This document shows positions 47,464-58,830 of a stretch of DNA of 64,000 nucleotides, piece after piece. The number at the start of each line of letters is the position of its first letter. Within the stretch, counting starts at the first letter, position 1. The notes beneath the pieces are model-generated. The model was not told the DNA's origin. It saw only the letters and a program-made list of their open reading frames with translations, and made no database searches. The translations under genes and the position numbers were made by a program. Origin of the DNA: Thermodesulfobacteriota bacterium (GTDB taxonomy: Bacteria > Desulfobacterota > Desulfobacteria > Desulfobacterales > SURF-7); contig JBMORA010000029.1 of NCBI GenBank assembly GCA_049320885.1, positions 1 through 64,000 of the forward strand. Reading direction: 5' to 3'.

Positions 47464-48668
47464 GGCGCCGTGTTTCCGCTACGACCGGCCGCCGGCCTTG
47501 CAAGGGTCCTTCCCAGGCAAAGGGACTGGAAGCCGAAACGCTCCCGGATTCGATCCAAGGCCGCCTGCAACGCTTGCTGCCGCCTGTTTTCCGCCGTCGG
47601 ATCGTCAAACAGCTCCAGTTGGCGCGAAGGGGGAGAAAGCCGGTCACAGATCAGGGAGATTCGGCGGACCCGCACCCGGCGCAGCCAGATATGGGCCAGG
47701 GTTTTTCGGGCCGTGACAAAGAGAGGATAATCGGCGGCGGCCGGCGGCTGGACAGGGTTTCTTCGGGTGCTGCACCGGTCGTCGGAATATTCCAGGACCA
47801 GGCCGATCCGCCGGCAGGCCAGCCGCCGGTTGCGCAGGCAAAGGCCGGCCTGCTCGACCAGGCGGTGGAGGCCGCTTTCCACCACGGCGGGATCGTTGGT
47901 ATCGTCGTCGAAGTCGTGATCCAGACGGATGCTCGGGGGGCGCCGGCCGGCGGGGAGGACCGGCGAGGGGTCGATGCCGCGGACGGCCGCAAGCAGGAAG
48001 GGGTGCGGCCGTCCGAGCAGAATCTCCAGTTGGCGGGGGTCGAGGACGGCCACCTCGCCGGCCCGCCGCAGGTTGAATTCCTTCAAGCGCTGTTGTTCGA
48101 ACTCCTCGATTCCCGGAATCAGTTGAATGGGCAGGGGGGCCAGAAAACCGGCTTCTTCTCCCGGCGGGACGATATAGTCGCCTGCCGGCTTGACCAGGCG
48201 CGAGGCCACCTTGGCCACCAGTTTGTTGGCCGCCACGGTCCAGATGGGGTCAATGCCCAGGTCGGCGCGGATGGCGTTGCGGATGCGGCGGGCCACATCC
48301 TGGGGCGGGCCGAACAACCGGCCGGTGCCGGTGGCGTCCATGAACAGGTGTCCCCGGTGGTCCGTGATTTCGATCAGCGGGGAATAGGGCCGCGCATGCT
48401 TGAAAAGGGCGGCCATGGCCTGCTCATACCGATCGGGACGGGGCGGGGTCACGGCCGCATCCCGGCATTGCCGCAAGGCCCGGCCCAGGAACATGCCCTT
48501 GCGGACCCCCTGGCAATAGGCCTCTTCGCTCATGTCATAAACGACCGCCCGCGCCGTCCCGGCGGGCGCCACGATCAGGGGCCGCCGGCGCAGCCGGGGT
48601 TCCAGCAGACGCTCCACGGCCACGGCGAAATCGGCCACATTCAGATGGATGACGGTCCGGACGGGCAT
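47460..48668 (-). CDS. Y-family polymerase homolog, predicted inactive (ImuB-like/DinB-like)
   Basis: IHLNVADFAVAVE, NKLVAKVAS...KPAG, IPGI, QLELF, LDRIRERFG. Catalytic acidic residues are missing. Confidence 0.85.
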   Translation of the reverse strand: MPVRTVIHLNVADFAVAVERLLEPRLRRRPLIVAPAGTARAVVYDMSEEAYCQGVRKGMFLGRALRQCRDAAVTPPRPDRYEQAMAALFKHARPYSPLIEITDHRGHLFMDATGTGRLFGPPQDVARRIRNAIRADLGIDPIWTVAANKLVAKVASRLVKPAGDYIVPPGEEAGFLAPLPIQLIPGIEEFEQQRLKEFNLRRAGEVAVLDPRQLEILLGRPHPFLLAAVRGIDPSPVLPAGRRPPSIRLDHDFDDDTNDPAVVESGLHRLVEQAGLCLRNRRLACRRIGLVLEYSDDRCSTRRNPVQPPAAADYPLFVTARKTLAHIWLRRVRVRRISLICDRLSPPSRQLELFDDPTAENRRQQALQAALDRIRERFGFQSLCLGRTLARPAAGRSGNTAP

Positions 48669-48669
48669 C

Positions 48670-49518
48670 TCACGCCACCGTAAGCCCCTCTTGCCTGAGA
48701 AGCCCGATCAGCTGACGGGCGTTCTCCACGGCCTGGGCCCGGACATGGTTGTTGAAAAACAGCAGAATTGTTTTGGCCCGGCCGGCCATGGGCAGAATTT
48801 TCTCCTGGACCCACTCCCGCAGTTGTTCATCGGAGTAGGAGTAGTCAAACTGCTGCTGCAGGTTTCCTGAGCGCCACCCCCGGGCATTGCGGCCGTGAAA
48901 GCGTACATAACAAAGATCCGGATTGGTCACCACGTCCGGGGAGGTGAAAAGGCCGGGGAGGGGGGGGATGTCCACATGGACCAGCGTGACGCGACGGCGC
49001 TCCAGTTCGGCGAAGACCCGGTCGTTGGCCCAGGAATGATGCCGGAATTCCACGGCCAGGGGCAGATCCGCCAGTTCATCGAGCAGGGCGGCCAGATGGG
49101 CCCGGCGGTCGGGAGTCCGGCTGAAAGACGGCGGCAGCTGCACCAGGACGGCCCCGAGCTGGCCGCCCTGTCGCAGGGGAGCGATGCCGTTCCGGTATCC
49201 GGCGGCTTGGAGGGGCCAGTTTTGCGGATCGATCTCATGGGTGAGGGTGCGGGTCAGCTTCGCGGTGAAAATGAAATCCGCCGGAGCCTGCCGGCGTTGG
49301 CGTTCGACGGTGTCGGAGCGGGGCATCTGATACCAGGTGTAATTGAGTTCCGTCGCCGGAAACCGCCGGGCGTAAAGGGGCAGCATCCGGTTGGAGGACG
49401 TGCCCGGGGGATAAAATCCCGCTTCGACCCATTCCGTATAGGCGTAGCCGCTGGTGCCCACGTAAAGCCGGCCGCCGGCGGAGATATTTCGGGGGATGGG
49501 AGCTGGCTGGGCCGGCAT
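48670..49518 (-). CDS. DUF72 (YecE-like) TIM-barrel protein
   Basis: LYVGTSGYAYTEW, TELNYTWY, LVQLPPSF, AVEFRHHSW, YVRFHGRN, YSYSDEQL, FFNNH. Real start is about 49518. Confidence 0.92.
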   Translation of the reverse strand: MPAQPAPIPRNISAGGRLYVGTSGYAYTEWVEAGFYPPGTSSNRMLPLYARRFPATELNYTWYQMPRSDTVERQRRQAPADFIFTAKLTRTLTHEIDPQNWPLQAAGYRNGIAPLRQGGQLGAVLVQLPPSFSRTPDRRAHLAALLDELADLPLAVEFRHHSWANDRVFAELERRRVTLVHVDIPPLPGLFTSPDVVTNPDLCYVRFHGRNARGWRSGNLQQQFDYSYSDEQLREWVQEKILPMAGRAKTILLFFNNHVRAQAVENARQLIGLLRQEGLTVA

Positions 49519-49526
49519 GGCGAATG

Positions 49527-50150
49527 CTACTCCAGGTTCCGGATGACGCCGATGACCTTGCCCTGCACCAGCACCTCGCCGAGACCATACTGGACCGATG
49601 AAAAACGGGGATTCTCCGGCCGGAGCTCGATGACGGAGCCCTGCCGGAAAAACCGTTTCACAGTGGCTTCCTCCTGGCGGATCAGGGCCGCGACGATCTC
49701 GCCGTTTTCGGCAAACTGGCGTGGCTCGCAAATAACGATGTCCCGGTCCAGGATGGCGGCGTTTGTCATCGAATCGCCTTGAACCCGGAGGGCGAACAGG
49801 TGGGGGCTGCGATACAGGGCCGCATCCACCCAGACAGTGCCGGCCCATTCCTGCTGGGCGTACAGGGGCAGGCCGGCGGCAATGGTTCCCACGATGGGCA
49901 CCGGTTTGCCGCGCAGGGCCTCCTCGGTTTTGGGCGACGGCCGCAGCAGGAACAGATTCCGGCCGTAGCGGCCGCCGCGGTCGACGACCCCTTTTTGTTC
50001 CAGGGCCTTGATGAGCTGGGATACGGCGGCATGGCTGACGCCCAGGGCCGCGGCGGTCCGGCGCAGGCTGGGGGCAACCCCGGCGCGGAGGATTTCCTGT
50101 TCCAGAAATTGCAGCAGGCGGGCCTGCTTGGGGGTGAGTTCCGGCGCCAT
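49527..50150 (-). CDS. lexA: SOS repressor LexA
   Basis: LTPKQ..LL, PSLR HTH, PIVGTIAAGLP (Ala-Gly cleavage site), VQGDSM (Ser), EATVKR (Lys). AAGGAG RBS. Confidence 0.93.
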   Translation of the reverse strand: MAPELTPKQARLLQFLEQEILRAGVAPSLRRTAAALGVSHAAVSQLIKALEQKGVVDRGGRYGRNLFLLRPSPKTEEALRGKPVPIVGTIAAGLPLYAQQEWAGTVWVDAALYRSPHLFALRVQGDSMTNAAILDRDIVICEPRQFAENGEIVAALIRQEEATVKRFFRQGSVIELRPENPRFSSVQYGLGEVLVQGKVIGVIRNLE

Positions 50151-50196
50151 GTGTCATCTCCTTGGATTACTGGTAGGAGCCCTATCATGGGAAAAT

Positions 50197-50232
50197 GTAA
50201 ATGTCAATGTAAATATAAAAGTAAATATAAAA
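50197..50232 (-). promoter_or_regulatory. Triple 12-bp-period direct repeat containing a TTGACA hexamer upstream of lexA; candidate LexA operator/promoter
   Basis: Plus strand GTAAATGTCAAT GTAAATATAAAA GTAAATATAAAA; TTGACA on the minus strand at 50207-50202. Confidence 0.6.
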
Positions 50233-50564
50233 GAGGCGAGGAAATTAACTGCAACCGCCTGAACTGCGGGGCACCCGTCAAAACGGTTAAAAGCTCCGGG
50301 ATCCTGAAAAAAAGAGTGAACGACAACTATCGGTCTATTATTCGAACAGTTACTGTTACCTTATCTTTAGCTTTTCCCGGTGAATCCATCTTCCATTCGC
50401 ACGACTCTCCATCCATCCAACCTGAATTTTGATGAACAAAACATTTGACCTCTGTTGATCAATGATATTAAAGGGGAAAGCCGGCGGGAAATATGGTGGA
50501 CGCAGTGTCCGGCGAAAACACAGCCCCGGCATCCTTCAACAGAAAGTCCCAAAAGAGGAATCGT

Positions 50565-51944
50565 ATGGTCGAACCACGCATTCTGATAGTCGATGACAGC
50601 GCCGCGATCCGGAAAAGTCTGTCGCAGCTGTTGTCCCCCCTGAATGCCGTGATAGCGGAAGCGGAAAACGGAAGGGTGGCTTTCGATCAGGCCTGCGCCG
50701 CCCGGTTCGATCTGATTCTGACGGATATCGAAATGCCGGAGGTGAACGGAATCGAATTCTGCCGGATGTTGAAATCCAGGGAATCCACCTGCGGGATCCC
50801 GGTGGTGGTGGTCAGTTCCTTTGATTCCGACCGGGATGTGGACATGGGTTTCCAGGCGGGGGCCGCCGCCTATATCTCCAAAAACGACGCCAAGAATTGC
50901 CTGTTGGAAACCGTTGAAGGAATTCTGGATCGCTCCCGGTTCAAGCGCAGACAGCTGATTCTGGTCGTTGATGATTCAGCGGCCATCCGCCAGATGGTGG
51001 AAGCAAGGCTCACCGAAGAGGGCTTTCGGGTGATGACGGCCAAGAACGGCAAGGAAGCCCTGGGGCTTCTGGCCGACAACCGCCCGGATCTGATTGTCAG
51101 CGATCTGGACATGCCGGTCATGGACGGACTGGAATTTTGTGCGTTGCTGCACGCGGATTCCCGTTTTTCCAGCATTCCTTTTGTGGTGATGAGCGCCAAC
51201 AACAATCCCAGCTACATGCGGCGGATGATCCAGCACGGCGCGGCCACCTACCTGGTGAAACCGTTCAACATGGAAGAACTGTCCATTCTGATCGAAAAAA
51301 TCCTTTCGGACCAGTTTTTGTTGCTATTGAAGGAGAAAGAACGTCTCGATTCGGAAAGATACCTGATCATCGCCACGATCACCAGCCTGGTGGCGGCCCT
51401 GGAGGCGCGTGATGCCTATACCCGCGGCCATTCGGAACATGTCGGGGACATTGTCGCCGGCATGCTGTCCCTGGCCGGGGCCGAGCGGACCACTGTCGAA
51501 AACGCCATGCTGGGCGGGAAAATGCACGACATCGGTAAAATCGGCATACGCGACGACATTCTTCTGAAACCCGGACGACTCACCCAGCCGGAAAGAGCGA
51601 AAATCAACCAGCATCCGGTGATCGGCGCCGATATCCTGAAATCCATCCCCAGCCTTTCCAATATCATCTCCATTGTCCGGCACCACCATGAACGCATGGA
51701 TGGGAAGGGGTATCCGGCAGGGCTGAAGGGGGACAAAATTCCCTTGTGGGCCCGCATAACCGCCGTGGCCGATACCTATCATGCCTTGACCAGTGACCGG
51801 CCTTACCGGAATGCGGTTTCAGAGGAAAACGCCTTGCAGATCATCGCGGAGGTCAGTGGCAAGCAGCTTTGCCCTGAATGCGTGGAGTTGTTTTTTTCAT
51901 GGGTCAACATCAAGGCCAAGCCGATCAACAGACAGAAAGGCTGA
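50565..51944 (+). CDS. Response regulator with two REC domains and HD-GYP output
   Basis: ILIVDDS..LTDIEMP; LVVDDS..VSDLDMP..KP; HSEHV, MHDIGK, HHERMDGKGYP, RPYR. Confidence 0.92.
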   Translation: MVEPRILIVDDSAAIRKSLSQLLSPLNAVIAEAENGRVAFDQACAARFDLILTDIEMPEVNGIEFCRMLKSRESTCGIPVVVVSSFDSDRDVDMGFQAGAAAYISKNDAKNCLLETVEGILDRSRFKRRQLILVVDDSAAIRQMVEARLTEEGFRVMTAKNGKEALGLLADNRPDLIVSDLDMPVMDGLEFCALLHADSRFSSIPFVVMSANNNPSYMRRMIQHGAATYLVKPFNMEELSILIEKILSDQFLLLLKEKERLDSERYLIIATITSLVAALEARDAYTRGHSEHVGDIVAGMLSLAGAERTTVENAMLGGKMHDIGKIGIRDDILLKPGRLTQPERAKINQHPVIGADILKSIPSLSNIISIVRHHHERMDGKGYPAGLKGDKIPLWARITAVADTYHALTSDRPYRNAVSEENALQIIAEVSGKQLCPECVELFFSWVNIKAKPINRQKG

Positions 51945-51979
51945 AAACGGAAACGATGAACGGAAGAGAGGATAACAAC

Positions 51980-52480
51980 ATGCGAGTCGGAATCGGGTAT
52001 GATGTTCACCGGCTGGTGGAAGGCCGCCGACTGGTGATCGGTGGCGTGACGATTCCTTTCGAGAAGGGGCTGTTGGGCCATTCGGACGCGGATGTCCTGG
52101 TTCACGCCGTCTGCGACGCCATTCTGGGGGCCGCCGGACTCGGCGATATCGGACTTTTTTTCCCGGACGACGATCCCCGGTTCAAAGACATCGACAGCCT
52201 CGAGTTGCTTGCCCGGTCGGTTGACATGGCGCGGAAACAGGGTTATTCGATCATCAATGTGGATTCCACGGTATTCGCCCAGGAACCGAAACTGATGCCC
52301 CACCGGGAATCCATGCGGAATAATCTGGGACGCGTATTGCATATCCGTCCGGAAAGAATTAATGTAAAAGCCACCACCACGGAAGGACTCGGATTGATCG
52401 GCGCGGGGGAGGGGATGGCGGCCATGTGCGTGGTCCTTTTGGGATATTCCGAACAGAACTCGATTGCAGAGAAAGAATGA
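51980..52480 (+). CDS. ispF: 2-C-methyl-D-erythritol 2,4-cyclodiphosphate synthase
   Basis: MRVGIGYDVHRL, GHSDADV, GDIG, NVKATTTEGLG. Confidence 0.96.
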   Translation: MRVGIGYDVHRLVEGRRLVIGGVTIPFEKGLLGHSDADVLVHAVCDAILGAAGLGDIGLFFPDDDPRFKDIDSLELLARSVDMARKQGYSIINVDSTVFAQEPKLMPHRESMRNNLGRVLHIRPERINVKATTTEGLGLIGAGEGMAAMCVVLLGYSEQNSIAEKE

Positions 52481-53925
52481 TGACCATTCGAATTTACAAC
52501 TCGCTCACACGCAAAAAGGAAATCTTCGTACCGGTCCATCCGGGAAAGGTCGGCATGTATGTCTGCGGTCCCACCGTGTATGATTCCTGCCATATCGGTC
52601 ACGCCCGTTCGGTGGTTGTGTTTGACGTGATCGCGCGGTACTTCCGGTCCCAGGGATACGAGGTCACCTACATACGCAATTTCACGGATGTGGACGACAA
52701 GATCATTCAACGCGCCGCCCAGCTTGGAGTATCCACCACGGAAGTCGCTGAGAAATATATTGCCGAATTCCATGAAGACATGGATTCCCTGTATGTCGAA
52801 CGACCTACCCATGAACCCAGGGCCACGGATCATATCGAGGATATCGTCCGCATTATCAGCGAACTGGTCCGGAAAGAGTTGGCCTACGTCATCGATGGAG
52901 ATGTTTTTTTCCGGGTGACCGCTTTTGACCAATACGGAAAACTGTCCGGCAGGCGCCTGGAGGATATGGAAGCCGGCGCCAGAATCGATGTGGATTCCCG
53001 CAAACAGAATCCCTTCGACTTCGCCCTGTGGAAATCCGCCAAGCCCGGCGAACCGGCCTGGCAAAGTCCCTGGGGCAGCGGCCGGCCGGGCTGGCATATC
53101 GAATGCTCCGCCATGAGCAAACATTTCCTGGGGGACACCTTCGATATTCACGGGGGCGGAAAAGATTTGATTTTTCCCCATCATGAAAACGAAATCGCCC
53201 AATCCGAGGCGGCCCATGGAAAGGGATTCGCAAAATTCTGGATACACAATGGATTCGTGAACATCAACCATGAAAAAATGTCCAAATCCCTGGGAAATTT
53301 CAAGGTCATCCGGGAAGTCCTCAAAACCGTTCATCCGGAAGCGGTCCGCTTGTTCCTGTTGTCCCATCATTACCGCAATCCCATTGATTTTTCCGATAAA
53401 ACCATGATGGAAATTTCTTCCGGGCTGGACAAGCTATACACAACCCTGGAACGCCTCGACCAGCATCCGGCGGAATGGCCGGCAACCATGGAGCCCCTTG
53501 AAAACACAACCTGGCTGAAATTCCAGGAAGCCATGAATGATGATTTCAATACCGCCAAGGGGATCGGCATCCTCTTTGAAGCGGTTCAGCAGGTCAAACG
53601 CCTGCTGGATGGAAAGAACGAAGCCGATCCGGTTGCGACAGCCTCCCGACTGGCGTCCTTTTGTTCGGATATGCGGAAAATCGGCGGGATTCTGGGAATT
53701 TTTTCAGAGTCTCCCGGGGTCTATTTTCAAAAACGGGCAGCCCTGGCTGCCCGGGGGACCGATGTCGATGCGAACCGGGTCGAGGATCTGATCAAGGCCA
53801 GGGAAGCAGCCAGAAAGGCCAGAGACTGGGCCACCGCGGACCGAATCCGGGCCGAGCTGACCGCCATGGATGTCGTGCTCGAGGACCGGCCTGAGGGTAC
53901 GATCTGGCGAGTGGAAAAGTCGTAA
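52477..53925 (+). CDS. cysS: Cysteine--tRNA ligase
   Basis: [35 protein letters not shown]. Confidence 0.97.
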   Translation: MMTIRIYNSLTRKKEIFVPVHPGKVGMYVCGPTVYDSCHIGHARSVVVFDVIARYFRSQGYEVTYIRNFTDVDDKIIQRAAQLGVSTTEVAEKYIAEFHEDMDSLYVERPTHEPRATDHIEDIVRIISELVRKELAYVIDGDVFFRVTAFDQYGKLSGRRLEDMEAGARIDVDSRKQNPFDFALWKSAKPGEPAWQSPWGSGRPGWHIECSAMSKHFLGDTFDIHGGGKDLIFPHHENEIAQSEAAHGKGFAKFWIHNGFVNINHEKMSKSLGNFKVIREVLKTVHPEAVRLFLLSHHYRNPIDFSDKTMMEISSGLDKLYTTLERLDQHPAEWPATMEPLENTTWLKFQEAMNDDFNTAKGIGILFEAVQQVKRLLDGKNEADPVATASRLASFCSDMRKIGGILGIFSESPGVYFQKRAALAARGTDVDANRVEDLIKAREAARKARDWATADRIRAELTAMDVVLEDRPEGTIWRVEKS

Positions 53926-53936
53926 CCCGAATACCC

Positions 53937-55934
53937 ATGTCCATTTTCAAGATCGTTTCCCCTTTCAAACCTGCGGGTGACCAGCCCGGGGCCATTGCCT
54001 CCCTGGTGGACGGGATCCGGTCCGGCAGCCCCCATCAGGTCCTGCTGGGAGTGACCGGTTCCGGGAAAACCTTCACCATGGCCAATGTCATTGAACAGGT
54101 CCAGAAACCCAGTCTGGTCATTGCCCCGAACAAAACCCTGGCCGCCCAATTGTACAGCGAGTTCAAATCCCTGTTTCCGGAAAATGCCGTCGAGTATTTC
54201 GTCAGTTATTACGACTACTACCAGCCGGAGGCCTATATTCCTTCCAGCGACACCTATATCCAGAAAGACTCCTCCATCAACGAAATGATCGATAAAATGC
54301 GGCATTCGGCCACCCGGTCCGTGCTGTCGCGCAACGATGTGCTCGTTGTCGCCAGCGTATCCTGCATTTACGGTCTCGGAGCCCCGGAAGATTACCTGGC
54401 CATGCGGATTGAACTGGAAAACGGCATGGAGCTATCCCGGGAGAAACTCCTGTCCGATCTGGTGGCCATGCAGTATGAACGCAACGACATCGATTTTTGC
54501 CGCGGGGTTTTCCGGGTCCGGGGGGACCGGGTTGAGATTTTTCCGGCCTATGAAGAAGACCGCGCTGTCCGGGTGGAATTTTTCGGTGATGAAATCGAGA
54601 GCCTGGCGGAAATCGACCCCCTGCGGGGCACGCTTCTGCGACGCTTGCCCCGGACCGTCATCTTTCCGGCCAGCCATTATGTAACCCAGCGTCAAACCCG
54701 TGAAAGGGCCATTGAAACCATCGTTGAGGAACTGAAGGGCCGCATCGATTTCTTCCGGAACGCCAACAAGCTGATCGAGGCCCAGCGCATTGAGGAGCGC
54801 ACCCATTTCGATCTCGAAATGATGCAGGAGATCGGGTATTGCAACGGAATCGAAAACTATGCCCGTCACCTCACCGGCAGAAAACCCGGGGAGCCTCCGC
54901 CCACCCTGCTGGATTATTATCCGGAGGAGTATTTGCTGTTCATCGATGAAAGCCATATCACGATTCCCCAGCTGCATGCCATGTACAAGGGGGACCGCTC
55001 CCGCAAGGAAACCCTGGTGGAATTCGGGTTCAGACTTCCGTCGGCCCTGGACAACCGGCCGCTGAGATTCGATGAATTCTCCGAAAAAGCGCGCCGGACC
55101 ATTTATGTTTCCGCCACTCCGGCGGACTATGAGTTGTCGCGATCCAACCGGAAACCCGTGGAACAGATCGCCAGGCCCACCGGTTTGATGGATCCGCAAA
55201 TTGAGGTCAGGCCGGCCAAAAACCAGGTGGATGATCTGCTGAATGAAATTCAGGTGCGGATCTCCCGCAATGAACGCGTGCTGGTCACGACCCTGACCAA
55301 ACGCATGGCGGAGGATTTGACCGACTACTATGCGGACATCGGGCTCCAGGTCCGTTACCTGCATTCGGATATCAAGACCATGGAACGGATGGAGATCATC
55401 CGCGATCTGCGCATCGGTTCCTTCCATGTGCTCATCGGCATCAATCTGCTCCGCGAAGGGCTCGATATCCCGGAAGTATCCCTGGTGGCCGTCATGGATG
55501 CGGACAAGGAAGGGTTCCTGCGTTCCGCGCGTTCTCTGATACAAACCTGTGGTCGGGCCGCCAGGAATGTCAACGGGATGGTGATCATGTATGCGGATAA
55601 TTTCACGGAGTCCATGCGCCGGGCCATCGAGGAGACCGAACGGCGGCGAAAAATTCAGGCGGAGTACAACACCGTGCACCGGATCACCCCGGAGAGCATC
55701 CGCAAGGACATTCCGGTCTCCTATCTGACCATCTCGGGAATCGAACAAACGGAACCTGCGGCCGTGGCCGAATCCGCGGCGGTATACGAAATGACGGAAG
55801 ACGAGATCACCGCCCGGATCACGGAAATGGAGCAGGAGATGCGCCGGGCCGCCGGGGACCTCGAGTTTGAAAAAGCGGCCGCGATCCGGGACCGGATCCG
55901 CAAGTTGCAGCAACTGCTGGTATTTGACTTTTAA
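53937..55934 (+). CDS. uvrB: Excinuclease ABC subunit B
   Basis: [37 protein letters not shown]-terminal UVR domain. Confidence 0.97.
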   Translation: MSIFKIVSPFKPAGDQPGAIASLVDGIRSGSPHQVLLGVTGSGKTFTMANVIEQVQKPSLVIAPNKTLAAQLYSEFKSLFPENAVEYFVSYYDYYQPEAYIPSSDTYIQKDSSINEMIDKMRHSATRSVLSRNDVLVVASVSCIYGLGAPEDYLAMRIELENGMELSREKLLSDLVAMQYERNDIDFCRGVFRVRGDRVEIFPAYEEDRAVRVEFFGDEIESLAEIDPLRGTLLRRLPRTVIFPASHYVTQRQTRERAIETIVEELKGRIDFFRNANKLIEAQRIEERTHFDLEMMQEIGYCNGIENYARHLTGRKPGEPPPTLLDYYPEEYLLFIDESHITIPQLHAMYKGDRSRKETLVEFGFRLPSALDNRPLRFDEFSEKARRTIYVSATPADYELSRSNRKPVEQIARPTGLMDPQIEVRPAKNQVDDLLNEIQVRISRNERVLVTTLTKRMAEDLTDYYADIGLQVRYLHSDIKTMERMEIIRDLRIGSFHVLIGINLLREGLDIPEVSLVAVMDADKEGFLRSARSLIQTCGRAARNVNGMVIMYADNFTESMRRAIEETERRRKIQAEYNTVHRITPESIRKDIPVSYLTISGIEQTEPAAVAESAAVYEMTEDEITARITEMEQEMRRAAGDLEFEKAAAIRDRIRKLQQLLVFDF

Positions 55935-55954
55935 CCAAACCACGATTTCTCACC

Positions 55955-57823
55955 ATGGACATGGAATCCGACCAAGGCGATCATGAAAACCGGCTGAAGG
56001 ACCTGCTGCAGAAGGCGCCGGCCAAGCCCGGCGTCTATCTCATGAAAAACCGCAAAGGGCAGGTCATCTATGTGGGCAAAGCCAAGGATTTGAGGCGACG
56101 ATTGACCTCGTATTTCGTCCGCAAAGAAATGCCGGATCTGAAAACGACGGTGCTGGTTCAGCAGGTGGCCGAGCTGGAAACCATCGTCACGGCTTCCGAA
56201 AAGGAAGCCCTGATTCTGGAATCCAACCTGATCAAAAAACTCCGCCCGCGCTACAACGTCATTTTGAAAGATGATAAGCGCTACCCCTCGCTGCGGTTGA
56301 ACACGGAAGAGCCCTATCCGTATTTATCCATCGTCCGGAAAATCAAAAACGACGGCGGCCTGGTTTTCGGTCCCTACACCTCGTCCGCGGCGGTGGGCAA
56401 AACCCTGAAACTGATCAACCGGACCTTCAAGCTGCGGAAATGCCGCACCCGGGCATTTGCGGGCAGGACCAGGCCCTGTCTGAACTACCAGATGGGCACC
56501 TGCTTGGGGCCCTGTTGCCTGCCGGTGGATCCGGCGGAGTATCAAACGATCGTGGACGAGGTGGTGCTGTTTTTATCCGGGCGCACGCCCGCGCTGATCA
56601 AGAACATCAAAGAGGCCATGCTCGCGGCGGCGGCCGATGAAGACTATGAACGCGCCGTTGTTCTGCGGGACAAGATGTTCGCCCTGGAAAAAACCCTGGA
56701 AAAGCAGGCGGCCGTTTCCACCGATTTCGCCGATCGCGATGTTGTGGCCGTCGCCGGCGATTTTGAAACCCGCGTCCTGACCATCCTGTTTGTGCGGGGA
56801 GGATTTATCCAGGGAATCCGGCATTTCGTGTTCAAAGAGAGTCTGGCGGGCGATCCGGAGCTGATGGAAGCCTTCGTGCGCCAATTTTATGAACAGGCGC
56901 AATTCATTCCGAGGGAAATACTGGTCACGGTTCTACCGGAAAACCCATCCCTGGTGGAAGATTGGCTGCACATGGCCAAAGGGAAAAAAGTGCGCCTGCT
57001 TTCGCCCCAGCGGGGGGACAAGAAAATGATTCTTCGCCTGGCGCTGGAAAACGCGGCGAAGGAACAACGCCAGTTGACGGATACCGACCATTCCCTACAG
57101 AAATTGTTGGAGCGCCTGCAACACAAACTGATGCTGCCGAGGATGCCGGAACGGATAGAGTGTTTTGACAATTCGACCCTGGCCGGCAGCTCGCCGGTGG
57201 CCGGCATGGTCGTCTATCACAACGGCAGGGCCGATAAGCATTCCTATCGACGATACCGCCTGCGGAACATCACCGTTCCGGACGATTACGCTTCCATGCA
57301 GGAAGTGATGCAACGGCGCTTCGGTCATCGAAAACCCGGAGAACCCTTGCCAGACTTGTTGCTGGTGGACGGAGGCAGAGGCCAGCTGGGAGTGGTCTGT
57401 TCCCTATTGACGGAATTCGGCTTGAACCATCTGGTGCCGGCCGCCGGCATTGCCAAAAAAGAGGCCCGGAAAGGAGAAACCGAAGACAAGGTGTATCTTC
57501 CCGGCAGATCCAATCCCATCGGCTTCGGCCTGGAAAAAGATTTATTGCTGTTTCTGCAACAGATCCGGGACGAGGCCCACCGGTTTGCCATCAGCTTCCA
57601 TCATCAGCGGCGATCGACGGTTTCCCTCCGTTCGGTCCTGGATGATATCCCCGGCGTCGGACCTAAACGCAAGAAAATGCTGCTGCGGCATTTCGGCAGC
57701 CTTGAAAAAATCCGGGCGGCGACTCCGGAAGAGATCGGAGCGCTGCCCGGTATGAGCGTTAGCCTGGCGGAAACCATTTTGGAAGCCCTGGGCCGGAATA
57801 AGCGGTCGCAGACCAAGGATTGA
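55955..57823 (+). CDS. uvrC: Excinuclease ABC subunit C
   Basis: PGVYLM...IYVGKAK GIY-YIG, PRYN..LKDDK, IECFDNS, LVDGGRGQ, RDEAHRFA, HhH motif. Confidence 0.97.
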   Translation: MDMESDQGDHENRLKDLLQKAPAKPGVYLMKNRKGQVIYVGKAKDLRRRLTSYFVRKEMPDLKTTVLVQQVAELETIVTASEKEALILESNLIKKLRPRYNVILKDDKRYPSLRLNTEEPYPYLSIVRKIKNDGGLVFGPYTSSAAVGKTLKLINRTFKLRKCRTRAFAGRTRPCLNYQMGTCLGPCCLPVDPAEYQTIVDEVVLFLSGRTPALIKNIKEAMLAAAADEDYERAVVLRDKMFALEKTLEKQAAVSTDFADRDVVAVAGDFETRVLTILFVRGGFIQGIRHFVFKESLAGDPELMEAFVRQFYEQAQFIPREILVTVLPENPSLVEDWLHMAKGKKVRLLSPQRGDKKMILRLALENAAKEQRQLTDTDHSLQKLLERLQHKLMLPRMPERIECFDNSTLAGSSPVAGMVVYHNGRADKHSYRRYRLRNITVPDDYASMQEVMQRRFGHRKPGEPLPDLLLVDGGRGQLGVVCSLLTEFGLNHLVPAAGIAKKEARKGETEDKVYLPGRSNPIGFGLEKDLLLFLQQIRDEAHRFAISFHHQRRSTVSLRSVLDDIPGVGPKRKKMLLRHFGSLEKIRAATPEEIGALPGMSVSLAETILEALGRNKRSQTKD

Positions 57824-57840
57824 AGGCTCAACCGCCTGCT

Positions 57841-58830
<990 letters not shown>

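Noticed and set aside
46204..47730. 508-aa plus-strand ORF
   Set aside because: Antisense to dnaE2 and the Y-family gene, with no motifs.
49519..50157. Apparent 212-aa N-terminal extension of DUF72 (495-aa track ORF), or a lexA/DUF72 frameshift fusion
   Set aside because: The extension is a low-complexity Pro/Arg/Gly alternative frame of lexA. LexA has its own stop, DUF72 has its own ATG at 49518, and I saw no slippery site.
54432..55943. 503-aa minus-strand ORF
   Set aside because: Antisense shadow of uvrB.
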